Part shown: positions 28,401 through 43,161 of the stretch, in pieces
Layout: each line of letters starts with the position of its first letter
Position numbering within the stretch: position 1 is the first letter of the stretch
Assembly (NCBI RefSeq): GCF_009914755.1
Contig: NC_060940.1
Direction: 5' to 3' (one strand)
Source of the DNA: the human T2T-CHM13v2.0 reference genome, Homo sapiens
Length of the DNA stretch: 64,000 nucleotides
Made by a program: the position numbers and the translations under genes
The notes under the pieces: model-generated
Database searches by the model: none
The model's input: the letters and a program-made list of their open reading frames with translations, nothing else
What the model was told of the DNA's origin: nothing

Positions 28401-31400
28401 TTGGAGTCCATTCAACAATTCCATTCGACTCCATTTGATGATTCCATTCGATTCCATTTGATGATTCCATTCGAGTCCATTTAATCATTACAGTCGAGTC
28501 CATTTGGTGATTCCACCGGATTTCTTTTGATAATGATACCATTCAATTACATTTGATGATGATCCCATTCAATTTCATTTGATGGTGATTCCATTAGAGT
28601 CCATTCGATGATTTCATTCGAGTCCCTTCATTGATTCCATCTGATTTCATTGGATGATGACTCCATTCGAGTCCATTCGATGATTCCACTCGATTCCATT
28701 AGATGATTCCATTGGAGTCCATTTGATTGTTCCATTCGATTCCATTCGATTCCTTTCGAAGATTATTCCATTTGAGTCCATTCGATGATGATTCCATTCC
28801 ATTCCATTCGATGATTCCGTTTGATTCCATTCGATGATTCCCTTCGATTCCTTTCTTTGATGATTCCATTCCATTCCATTCAATGATTCCATTCGAATCT
28901 ATTCCATGATGATTCCTTTCGATTCCATTCGCTGATGTTTCCGTTCAATTCCATTCGATGATGATTCCATTCGATTCCATTCATTGAGGATTCCATTTGA
29001 TTCCATTCAATGATGATTCCGTTCTATTCCATTCAATGATTGCATTCAATTCCATTCAATGATTATCCCCTTAGAGTAAACTCAACGATTCCATTCAATA
29101 CCATTCGATGATGATTCCTTTTGAGTCCATTCAATGATTTCATTCAAGTCCATTTGATGATTCCTTTCAATTCCATTCTATGATGATTCCATTCGAGTCC
29201 ATTCGATGATTCCATTCGATTGCATTCGATGATTCCATTATATTCCAGTCAACGATGATTCCATTCGAGTCCATTCGATGATTCCATTAGAGTACATTTA
29301 ATGATTGCTTTGTTTTCAATTCGAAGATGATTACATTGGATTCCATTCTATGATACCATTCGATTCCATTCAATGATGATTCCACTCAAATCCATTGGAT
29401 GATTCCATTCGTGTCCATTCGGTGATTTCATTAGATTCCATTCGAGGATGATTCCATTCGATTCCATTCGATGATTCCATTCAATTCCATTCGATGATGA
29501 TTCCATTCCAGTCCATATGATCATTCCATTTGATTTCATTCGATGATGATTCCATTCGATTCCATTCGATGATTCCATTCTATTCCATTCGATGATGATT
29601 CCATTCGAGTCCATTCGATGATTCCATTCGAGTCCATTTAATGATTCCATTGGGTTCAATTCAATGATGATTACATTGGATTCCGTTCTATGATTCCATT
29701 CAATTCCGTTCATTGACAATTTGATTCCATTCGATGATGATTCCATTTGAGTTCATTCGATGATTCTATTCGATTCTCTTCGATGGTGATTCAATTCTAT
29801 TATATTGGATGATTCCATTCGATTCCATTTGATGTTGATTCAATTCGATTCTATTCGATGATGATTCCATTGGATTTCACTTGATGATTCTATTCGATTC
29901 CATTCAATGATGATTCACTTCTCGTCCATTGGATGATTCCATTTCATTCCATTCGATGATGATTCCATTCGATTCCATTCGATGATTCCATTTGATTCCA
30001 TGCGACGGTGAGCAATTCGATTCAATTCCATGATGATTCTATTTGATTCAATTAGATGATGTTTCCATTCGAATCCATTCCATGATTATTCCATTGGAAT
30101 CCATTTGGCGATGATTCCATATGAGTCAATTCAATGATGATTCCATATGGGTCCGTTCGATGATAATTCCATTTGATTTCATTCAATGCTTCTATTCTAT
30201 TCCAGTCGATGATGATTCCGTTGGAGTCCATACGATGATTCCATTTGATTTCATTTGATGATGATTCCATTCGATGATGATTACATTGGATTCCATTCTA
30301 TGATTCCATTCAATTCCATTCGTTGATGATTCGATTCCATTCAATGATGATTCCATTTGAGTTCATTCGATGATTCTATTCGATTCCCTTCGATGGTGAT
30401 TCAATTCTATTATATTGGATGATTCCACTCTATTCCATTTGATGATTATTCCATTGGAGTCCACTTAGTGAATCCTTTAGATTCTACTCGAAGATGATTC
30501 CATTCGAGTCCATTCAATGATACCATTCAATTTCATTCGTTGATGCTTCCATTCAAGTGCATTCGATGATATCATTCGATTCCATTTGATGATAATTCCA
30601 TTTGATTCCATGCGATGATTCTATTCGATTCCATTCAATGATAATTCCATTCAATTCAGTGATTCCTCTGGACTCCATTTGATGATGATTCCATTCAGTG
30701 ATTCCATTCGATTCTATTCCAAAATGATTCCATTTGAATCCATTTGATGATGATTCCATTAGATTCCATTTGATGATTCCATTCGATTCCATTTGACGAT
30801 GATTCCATTCGATTCCATTTGATGATTCCATTCTATTCTATTCGATGATGATTCCATTCGATTCCATTTGATGATGATTGGATTCGATTCCATTTGATGA
30901 TTTCATTTGATTCCATTCGTTAATGATTTCGATCAACTCCATTCGATGATTCCATTTGATTCCATTCGATAATGATTACATCCGAGTCCATTCGATGATT
31001 CCATTTGAGCCCGTTCGATAATTCCATTTGAGTCCAATCAATGATTCCATTCATTTCCATTCAATGATTCCATTCGAGTCCATTTGATCATTCCGGTAGG
31101 GTCCGTTCGATGTTGATTCCATTGGAGTGCATTCGATGATTCCATTCGAGTCCATTTTAGGATTTGATTCGAGTCCTTTCGATGATTCCATTCGATTCCA
31201 CTCGATGATGATTTCATTCGAGTCCATTCGACACTTCCAATCGATTCCATTTGATGTTTCCATTCGAGTCCAATTGATGATTCCATTCAATTCCATTCGA
31301 TGATGATTCCGTACGATTCCATTCTGTGATGATTCCATGTGATTGCATTCAATGATGATTCCTTTCGATTGCATTCGATTATGATTCATTTCGTGTTCAT

Positions 31401-34400
31401 TCTATGGTTCCACAGGTTTCCATTCGATGACGTTTCCGTTTGTGTCCATTCCATTATTCCATTCTATTTCATTTGATGATGATTCCATTCGATTCCATTC
31501 ATTGGTGATTCCACTCAATTCCATTCAATGATTCCATTCCATTTCTTTCAACAATGATTCCATTAGTTTCTATTCGACGATCCACTTGATTCCATTTGGC
31601 GATGATTCCATTCGTGTCCATTCGATGATTCCATTTGATTCCATATGAGGATGATTCCATTCGATTCCATACCATGATGATTCCATTCGAGTCCATTCAA
31701 TGGTGATTCCATTCAATTCCATTCGATGATTCCTTCCGATTCCATTCGATGATGATAGCATTCGATTCCTTTCAATCATTCCCTTTGATTCCATTCAAAG
31801 GTGATTTCATTCAAGTCCATTCGATAATTGCATTCGATTCCATTCTATGATGATTCCATTCGAGTCCATTTGATGATTCCATTCAATTCAAGTCAATGAT
31901 GATTCCATTCAATTCCACTCGATGATTCCATTGGATTCCATTCGATGATGATTCCATTCAAATCCATTCGATAATTCAATTCAAGTCCATTCGATGATGA
32001 TTCCAATCGAATCCATTCAAAGATTCCATTCAATTCCATTCGATGATGATTCCCTTAGATTCCATTCGATGATTCCACTTGATTCCATTTACGATGATTC
32101 CATTCGATTCCATGTGATGAATCCATTCAATTCTATTCAATGATGTTTCCATTTGATTCCATTGGACCATGATTGCCTTTGATTCCATTCAATGATTCCA
32201 TTCGGTTCCATTTGATGATGATTCCGTTCGATTCCATTTCATTATTCCATTTGATTCCATTGGATGAGTCCATTCGATTACATTCGATGATTATTCCATT
32301 CGAGTGCATTAGATGATTGCATTCGAGTCCATTCGATGATTCCATTCGATTCCATTCGATGTTGATTCTGTTCAAATCCATTCGATGATTCCACTCGATT
32401 CCATTCGATGACTCCATTTGATCCCATTCGATGATTTCCTGTGATTCCCTTTGATGATCATTCTATTTGATTCAATTCGGTGATTTCATTTCATTCCATT
32501 CAGTGATGTTTCCATTCGACTGTATTCGATGATGATTCCATTCGACTCCATTCGATTATGATTTCATTCAATTCCATTCAATAATGATTCCCTTCGAGTC
32601 CATTCGATGATTCCATTCGATTCCATTCAACGATGATTTGATTCGTTTCCATTCGATGATTCCATTTGATTCCACTTGATGATGATTCCATTCGAGTCCA
32701 TTTGATGATTCCATTCGAGTCTATTTATGTATTATATTCGTGTCCACTTCATGATTCCATTCATTTCCATTTAATGTTGATTCCATTTGATTCCATTTGA
32801 TGATTCAGTTCGATTCCTTGCAATGATTCCCTACGATTCCTTTCTCTGATGATTCCATTCGATTCCATTCATTGATGATTTCATTCGACTCCATTCGATG
32901 ATGATTCCTTTCGATTCCATTTGACGATGTTTCCATTCGAGTCCATTCGATGATGATTCTATTCAATTCTGTTCTATTATGATTCCATTCGATTTCATTC
33001 AATGCTTCTATTTGATTCCATTCGATGATGATTCCATCTCTTTCCCTTCGATGATTCCATTTGATTCCATTCAGTGATGATTCCATTTGATTCCATCTGA
33101 TGATGATTTCACTTGATTCCTTTCAATGATGATTCAATTCAAGTCCATTCGATGATTCCATTGGAGTCCAAACGATCATTCCGTTCGATTCCATTCAATG
33201 GTGATTCCATTCATGTCCATTCGATGAATCCATTCAATTCCATTCGATGATGACTCCATTCGAGTACATTCGATGATTCCATTTGATTCCATTTGAAGAT
33301 GATTCCATTCAATTCCATTCGAAGATGATTCCATTCAATTCCATTCGATGATGATTCCGTATGAATCCATTCTCTGATTATTCCATTCGATTCCATTCAT
33401 TGACGATTCCATTCAATTCCATTCAATGATGATTCTCTTCTATTCCATTCGATGATTCCGGTCGATTCCATTCGATGATGATTCCATTAGATTCCATTCG
33501 ATTGTTGCATTCGATTCCCTTCGATGATGATTCCTTTGAATTCCATTCGATTATCATTCCGTATGAATCCATTTGATGATTATTCCATTGGATTCCTTTC
33601 GATGATGATTCCATTCGATTCCATTTGATGATGTTTCTCTTGTATTCCATTGGATAAGTCCTTTCCGTTCCCTTCGATGATTATTCTTTCGAGTCAATTC
33701 GATGATTCTATTCCATTCCCTTCGATGATGATTCCATTTCACTCCATTTGATGATTCCATTCGACTCAATTTGGGGATGATTCAATTCGATGACATTCGA
33801 TGACTCCATTCAATTTCATTTGATGATGATTACATTCGAGTCCATTTGATGATTGTATTCCTTTCCTTTTGATGATTATTCCATTCGTGTCTATTCAAAG
33901 GTTCCATTCTATTCCATTCAATGATGATTGCATTTGATTCCATTCAATGATTATGGCTATCGATTCCACTCGTTGATTCCATTTGATTCCGTTCGATGAT
34001 TATTCCGTTAGATTCCATTAGAAGATTCCATTCGATTTTATTCAATGATTCCAATGGATTCCATTCAATGATGATTCCATTCGACTCCATTCAGTGATTC
34101 CATTCGAGTCCATTTGATGATTCCATTCTTTTCCATTTGATGATGATTCCATTAGGGTCCATTCAATGATTCCATTCGAGTCCATTCGTTAATGCCTTTC
34201 GAGTCCTTTTGATCACTACATTCGAGTCCATTCAATGATTCTATTCGATTCCATTCCATGATGATTCCATTCGAGTTCATTCGATGATTGCATTCGAGTC
34301 CATTTGATGATTCCATATGATTCCCTTCGACAATGATTCCATTCGTGTCCATTTGATGATTCCATTCATTTCCTATCGATGAAGATTCCATTCAAGTGTA

Positions 34401-37400
34401 TTCGATGATTCCATTCAAATCCATTCGATGATGATTCCATTCCAGTCCATTCGATCATTCCACTTGATTCCATTTGATGACTATTCCATTCAAATCCATT
34501 TGATGATTCCATTCGATTCCATTCGATGTTACCATTCCAGTATATACGATGATTCCACTCGATTCCATTTGATGATTATTCCATTGGAGTCCACTTAGTG
34601 AATCCTTTAGATTCTACTGGAAGATGATTCCATTCGAGTCCATTCGATGATACCATTCAATTCCATTCTTTGATGCTTCCATTCAAGTGCATTCGATGAT
34701 ATCATTCGATTCCATTTGATGATAATTCCATTTGATTCCATGCGATGATTCTATTCGATTCCATTCAATGATAATTCCATTCAATTCAGTGATTCCTCTG
34801 GACTCCATTTGATGATGATTCCATTCAATGATTCCATTCGATTCTATTCGAAAATGATTCCATTTGAATCCATTTGATGATGATTCCATTGGATTCCATT
34901 TGATGATTCCATTCGATTCCATTCGATGATGATTCCATTCGATTCCTTTTGATGAATCCATTCTATTGTATTCGATGATGATTCCATTCGATTCCATTCG
35001 ATGATGATTGGATTCGATTCCATTTGATGATTTCATTTGATTCCATTCGATAATGATTTCGATCAATTCCATTCGATGATTCCATTCGATTCCATTCGAT
35101 AATGATTACATCCGAGTCCATTCGATGATTCCATTTGAGCCCGTTCGATAATTCCATTTGAGTCCAATCAATGATTCCATTCATTTCCATTCAATGATTC
35201 CATTCGAGTCCATTTGATCATTCCGGTAGGGTCCGTTCGATATTGATTCCATTGGAGTGCATTCGATGATTCCATTCGAGTCCATTTTAGGATTTGATTC
35301 GAGTCCTTTCGATGATTCCATTCGATTCCACTCGATGATTTCATTCGAGTCCATTCGACACTTCCAATCGATTCCATTTGATGATTCCATTCGAGTCCAA
35401 TTGATGATTCCATTCAATTCCATTCGATGATGATTCCGTACGATTCCATTCTGTGATGATTCCATGTGATTGCATTCAATGATGATTCCTTTCGATTGCA
35501 TTCGATTATGATTCATTTCGTGTTCATTCTATGGTTCCACAGGTTTCCATTCGATGATGTTTCCATTCGTGTCCATTCCATTATTCCATTCTATTCCATT
35601 TGAAGATGATTCCATTCGATTCCATTCATTGGTGATTCCACTCAATTCCATTCAATGATTCCATTCCATTTCTTTCAACAATGATTCCATTAGTTTCTAT
35701 TCGATGATCCACTTGATTCCATTTGACGATGATTCCATTCGTGTCCATTCGATGATTCCATTTGATTCCATATGATGATGATTCCATTCGATTCCATACG
35801 ATGATGATTCCATTCGAGTCCATTCAATGGTGATTCCATTCAATTCCATTCGATGATTCCTTTCGATTCCATTCAATGATGATGGCATTCGATTCCTTTC
35901 GATCATTCCCTTTGATTCCATTCAAAGGTGATTTCATTCAAGTCCATTCGATAATTGCATTCGATTCCATTCTATGATGATTCCATTCGAGTCCATTTGA
36001 TGATTCCATTCAATTCAAGTCAATGATGATTCCATTCGATTCTACTCGATGATTCCATTGGATTCCATTCGATGATGATTCCATTCAAATCCATTCGATA
36101 ATTCAATTCAAGTCCATTCGATGATGATTCCAATCGAATCCATTCAAAGATTCCACTCAATTCCATTCGATGATGATTCCCTTAGATTCCATTCGATGAT
36201 TCCACTTGATTCCATTTACGATGATTCCATTCGATTCCATGTGATGATTCCATTCAATTCTATTCAATGATGTTTCCACTTGATTCCATTCGAACATGAT
36301 TGCCTTTGATTCCATTCAATGATTCCATACGGTTCCATTTGATGATGATTCCATTGGAGTGCATTAGATGATTCCATCCGAGTCCATTTGATGATTCCAT
36401 TCGATTCCATTCGATGTTGATTCTGTTCAAATCCATTCGATGATTCCACTCGATTCCATTCGATGACTCCATTTGATCCCATTCGATGATTTCCTTTGAT
36501 TCCCTTTGATGATCATTCCATTTGATTCAATTCGGTGATTTCATTTGATTCCATTCAGTGATGTTTCCATTCAACTCCTTTCGATGATGATTCCATTCGA
36601 CTCCATTCGATTATGATTTCATTCAATTCCATTCGATAATGATTCCCTTCAAGTCCATTCGATGATTCCATTCGATTCCATTCAACGATGATTTGATTCG
36701 TGTCCATTCGATGATTCCATTTGATTCCATTTGATGATGATTCCATTCGAGTCCCTTTGATGATTCCATTCAATTCCATTCTCCGATGATTTCTTTTGAG
36801 CCCATTCAATGCTTCCACTCGATTCCATATGATGATGACTCCATTTGATGAAATTCCATGATGATTCCATTCGCTTGCATTCGATGATGATTCCACTTGA
36901 GTCCGTTAGAAGATTCTATTCAATTACATTCCATGACGATTCTGTTCGAGTCCATTTGATGATTCCATTAGACTCCATTCGACGATGATTCCATTCGATG
37001 TTATTCGATGATGATTCCATTCAACTCCATTCGATGTTTCCATTCGAGTTCATTCTATTATTCCATTAGATTCCATTCGATGATGATTCCATTCGATTCC
37101 TTTTGATGATTGCATTCTATTTCATTTGATGATGATTCCATTCGAGTCCATTCGATGATTCCATTCGAGTCCATTTAATGAATCCATTGGTTTCAATTCT
37201 ATGATGATTACATTGGATTCCATTCGTTGATGATTTCATTCGATTCCATTCAATGATGATTCCATTCAATTCCATTCAATGATTCCATTCAATTCCATAC
37301 GATGATGATTCCATTTGATTTGATTCGACAGTGAGCCATTCGATTCAATTCCATGATGATTCTATTTTATTCAATTGGTTGACATTTCCATTCGATTCCA

Positions 37401-37800
37401 TTCGATGATGATTCCATTTGATTCCATTCAAAGATGATTCCATTCTAGCCCATTCAATCATTCCATTCGATTCTATTCAGTGATGATTCCATTCATGTCG
37501 ATTTGGTGATTCCATTTGACTTCATTTGATGATGATTCTTTTCAAGTTCATTAGATGATTCCATTCGATTCCATTTGATGATGATCCCATTCGAGTCCAT
37601 TTGATGATTCCACTCGTTTCCATTCCATGATGATTCCATTCCATTCCATTCAATGATTCCATTCGATTCCGTTTGATGATGATTTCATTCGAGTCCATTT
37701 GATGATTCCATTTGATTCCATTCGATGATGATTACATTCGAGTCCATACGATGATTCCACTCAATTCCATATGATGATGATTCCATTCGATTCCATTCGA
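17900..37800 (+). repeat. Tandem pair of ~9.9-kb composite units (4,127-bp subunit plus a ~5.8-kb subunit)
   Basis: Offsets are 9,864 (18342/28206, 19484/29348), 9,892 (20661/30553 through 25805/35697) and ~9,993 (26790/36783 region). Many private SNPs are shared. Confidence 0.9.
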
Positions 37801-40800
37801 TGATTCCACTTGATTCCATTTACGATGATTCCATTCTATTCCATGTGATGATTCCATTCAGTTCTATTCAATGCTGTTTCCATTTGATTCCATTCGACCA
37901 TGATTGCCTTTGATTCCATTCAATGACTCCATTCGGTTCCTTTTGATGATGATTCCGTTCGATTCCATTTCATTATTCCATTTGATTCCATTGGATGAGT
38001 CCATTCGATTACATTCGATGATTATTCCATTCGAGTGCATTAGATGATTCCATTCGAGTCCATTCGATGATTCCATTCGATTCCATTCGATGTTGATTCT
38101 GTTCAAATCCATTCGATGATTCCACTCGATTCTATTCGATGACTCCAGTTGATCCCATTCGATGATTTCCTTTGATTCCCTTTGATGATCATTCCATTTG
38201 ATTCAATTCGGTGATTTCATTTGATTCCATTCAGTGATGTTTCCATTCGACTCCATTCGATGATGATTCCATTCGACTCCATTCGATTATGATTTCATTC
38301 AATTCCATTCGATAATGATTCCCTTCGAGTCCATTCGATGATTCCATTCGATTCCATTCAACGATGATTTGATTCGTGTCCATTCGATGATTCCATTTGA
38401 TTCCACTTGATGATGATTCCATTCGAGTCCATTTGATGATTCCATTCAATTCCATTCTCCGATGATTTCTTTTGAGCCCATTCAATGCTTCCACTCGATT
38501 CCATATGATGATGACTCCATTCGATGAAATTCGATGATGATTCCCTTTGATTCCATTCAAAGATGATTCCATTCTAGCCCATTCAATCATTCCTTTCGAT
38601 TCTATTCAATGATGATTCCATTCATGTCGATTTGGTGATTCCATTTGACTTCATTTGATGATGATTCCTTTCAAGTTCATTAGATGATTCCATTCGATTC
38701 CATTTGATGATGATCCCATTCGAGTCCATTCAGTGATTCCACTCGTTTCCATTCCATGATGATTCCATTCCATTCCATTCAATGATTCCATTCGATTCCG
38801 TTTGATGATGATTTCATTCGAGTCCATTTGATGATTCCATTTGATTCCATTCGATGATGATTACATTCGAGTCCATACGATGATTCCACTCAATTCCATA
38901 TGATGATGATTCCATTCGATTCCATTCGATGATTCCATTCTATTCTATTCAATGGTGATTCCATTCGAGTACATTAGATGATTCCATTCGATTCCATTCA
39001 ATGATGATTCTATTTGTGTCCCTTAGATGGTTCCACATGATTCCATTTCATGATGATACTATTTGAGCCCATCCAATGATTCCCTTCGATTCCATTCGAT
39101 GAGGATTCCATTCGATTCAATTCATTGGTGATTCTATTCAATTCAATTCTTTGATTCCATTCCATTCCATTCGACAATGATTCCATTCGATTTCTTTCGA
39201 TGATTCCACTCGATTCCACTTGACATTGATTCCATTCGATTCCATTCAATGATTCCGTTTGATTCCAGTGGATGATGATTGCCATCGATTCCATTCGATC
39301 ACTCCATTCTATTCCATTTGATGATGATTACATTCGATTCCATTTGATGATTCCATCTGATTCTATTCGAGGATTCCATTTGATTCCATTCGAAGATGAT
39401 TCCATTCGAGTGCATTCGATGATTTCATTCGAGTACATCCAATGATTCCATTCGAGTCCATTTGATTTTTCCATTTAATTCCATTTGATTATGATTCTAC
39501 TAGAGTCCATTCAATGACTCCATTCGAATCCATTCAACAATTCCATTCGAGGCCATTCGATGATTCCATTTCATGATTCCATTCGAGTCCATTTAATCAT
39601 TACAGTCGAGTCCATTTGGTGATTCCACTGGATTTCTTTTGATAATGATACCATTCAATTACATTTGATGATGATACCATTCAATTTCATTTGATGGTGA
39701 TTCCATTAGAGTCCATTCGATGATTTCATTCGAGTCCCTTCATTGATTCCATCCGATTTCATTTGATGATGACTCCATTCGAGTCCATTCGATGATTCCA
39801 CTCGATTCCATTAGATGACTCCATTGGAGTCCATTTGATTGTTCCATTCGATTCTATTCGATTCCTTTCGAAGATTATTCCATTTGAGTCCATTCGATGA
39901 TGATTCCATTCCATTCCATTCGATGATTCCGTTTGATTCCATTCGATGATTCCCTTCGATTCCTTTCTTTGATGATTCCATTCCATTCCATTCAATGATT
40001 CCATTCGAATCTATTCCATGATGATTCCTTTCGATTCCATTCGCTGATGTTTCCGTTCAATTCCATTCGATGATGATTCCATTCGATTCCATTCATTGAG
40101 GATTCCATTTGATTCCATTCAATGATGATTCCATTCTATTCCATTCAATGATTGCATTCAATTCCATTCAATGATTATCCCCTTAGAGTAAACTCAACGA
40201 TTCCATTCAATACCATTCGATGATGATTCCTTTTGAGTCCATTCAATGATTTCATTCAAGTCCATTTGATGATTCCTTTCAATTCCATTCTATGATGATT
40301 CCATTCGAGTCCATTCGATGATTCCATTCGATTGCATTCGATGATTCCATTATATTCCATTCAACGGTGATTCCATTCGAGTCCATTCGATGATTCCATT
40401 AGAGTACATTTAATGATTGCTTTGTTTTCAATTCGAAGATGATTACATTGGATTCCATTCTATGATACCATTCGATTCCATTCAATGATGATTCCACTCA
40501 AATCCATTGGATGATTCCATTCGTGTCCATTCGGTGATTTCATTAGATTCCATTCGAGGATGATTCCATTCGATTCCATTCGATGATTCCATTCAATTCC
40601 ATTCGATGATGATTCCATTCCAGTCCATATGATCATTCCATTTGATTTCATTCGATGATGATTCCATTCGAATCCATTCGATGATTCCATTCTATTCCAT
40701 TCGATGATGATTCCATTCGAGTCCATTCGATGATTCCATTCGAGTCCATTTAATGATTCCATTGGGTTCAATTCAATGATGATTACATTGGATTCCGTTC

Positions 40801-43161
40801 TATGATTCTATTCAATTCCGTTCATTGACAATTTGATTCCATTCGATGATGATTCCATTTGAGTTCATTCGATGATTCTATTTGATTCTCTTCGATGGTG
40901 ATTCAATTCTATTATATTGGATGATTCCATTCGATTCCATTTGATGTTGATTCAATTCGATTCTATTCGATGATGATTCCATTGGATTTCACTTCATGAT
41001 TCTGTTCGATTCCATTCAATGATGATTCACTTCTCGTCCATTGGATGATTCCATTTCATTCCATTCGATGATGATTCCATTCGATTCCATTCGATGATTC
41101 CATTTGATTCCATGCGTCGGTCAGCAATTCGATTCAATTCCATGATGATTCTATTTGATTCAATTAGATGATGTTTCCATTCGAATCCATTCCATGATTA
41201 TTCCATTGGAATCCATTCGGCGATGATTCCATATGAGTCAATTCAATGATGATTCCATATGGGTCCGTTCGATGATAATTCCATTTGATTTCATTCGGTG
41301 CTTCTATTCAATTCCAGTCGATGATGATTCCGTTGGAGTCCATACGATGATTCCATTTGATTTCATTTGATGATGATTCCATTCGATGATGATTACATTG
41401 GATTCCATTCTATGATTCCATTCAATTCCATTCGTTGATGATTCGATTCCATTCAATGATGATTCCATTTGAGTTCATTCGATGATTCTATTCGATTCCG
41501 TTCGATGGTGATTCAATTCTCTTATATTGGATGAATCCACTCGATTCCATTTGATGATTATTCCATTGGAGTCCACTTAGTGAATCCTTCAGATTCTACT
41601 CGAAGATGATTCCATTCGAGTCCATTCGATGATACCATTCAATTCCATTCGTTGATGCTTCCATTCAAGTGCATTCGATGATATCATTCGATTCCATTTG
41701 ATGATAATTCCATTTCATTCCATGCGATGATTCTATTCGATTCCATTCAATGATAATTCCATTCAGTTCAGTGATTCCTCTGGACTCCATTTGATGATGA
41801 TTCCATTCAATGATTCCATTCGATTCTATTCGAAAATGATTCCATTTGAATCCATTTGATGATGATTCCATTAGATTCCATTTGATGATTCCATTCGATT
41901 CCATGCGACGATGATTCCATTCGATTCCATTTGATGATTCCATTCTATTCTATTCGATGATGATTCCATTCGATTCCATTCGATGATGATTGGATTTGAT
42001 TCCATTTGATGATTTCATTTGATTCCATTCGTTAATGATTTCGATCAATTCCATTCGATGATTCCATTCGATTCCATTCGATAATGATTACATCCGTGTC
42101 CATTCAATGATTTCATTTGAGCCTGTTCGATAATTCCATTGGAGTCCAACCAATGATTCCATTCATTTCCATTCAATGATTCCATTCGAGTCCATTTGAT
42201 CATTCCGGTAGGGTCCATTCGATGTTGATTCCATTGGAGTGCATGCGATGATTCCATTCGAGTCCATTTTATGATTTGATTCGAGTCCTTTCGATGATTC
42301 CATTCGATTCCACTCGATGATGATTTCATTCGAGTCCATTCGACACTTCCAATCGATTCCATTTGATGTTTCCATTCGAGTCCAATTGATGATTCCATTC
42401 AATTCCATTCGATGATGATTCCGTACGATTCCATTCTGTGATGATTCCATGTGATTGCATTCAATGATGATTCCTTTAGATTGCATTCGATTGTGATTCA
42501 TTTCGTCTTCATTCTATGGTTCCACAGGTTTCCATTCGTGTCCATTCCATTATTCCATTCTATTCCATTTGATGATGATTCCATTCGATTCCATTCATTG
42601 GTGATTCCACTCAATTCCATTCAATGATTCCATTCCATTTCTTTCAACAATGATTCCATTAGTTTCTAATCGATGATCCACTTGATTCCATTTGACGACG
42701 ATTCTATTCTTGTCCATTCGATGATTCCATTTGATTCCATATCATGTTGATTCCATTCGATTCCATACGATGATGATTCCGTTCGAGTCCATTCCATGGT
42801 GATTCCATTCAATTCCATTCGATGATTCCTTTCGATTCCATTCGATGATGATGGCATTCGATTCCTTTCAATCATTCCCTTTGATTCCATTCAAAGGTGA
42901 TTTCATTCAAGTCCATTCGATAATTGCATTCGATTCCATTCTATGATGATTCCATTCGAGTCCATTTGATGATTCCATTCAATTCAAGTCAATGATGATT
43001 CCATTCGATTCCATTCGATGATTCCATTCAATTCCATTCGATGATGATTCCATTCAAATCCATTCGATAATTCTATTCAAGTCCATTCGATGATGATTAA
43101 AATCGAATCCATTCAAAGATTCCATTCAGTTCCATTCGATGATTCCCTTAGATTCCATTCG
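37800..43161 (+). repeat. Shortened higher-order unit of 5,362 bp (6,112 minus 570, 170 and 10 bp)
   Basis: Landmarks 37864/43226 and 38231/43593 differ by 5,362. Deletion junctions are visible at ~38530, ~38858 and ~39567. Confidence 0.85.
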
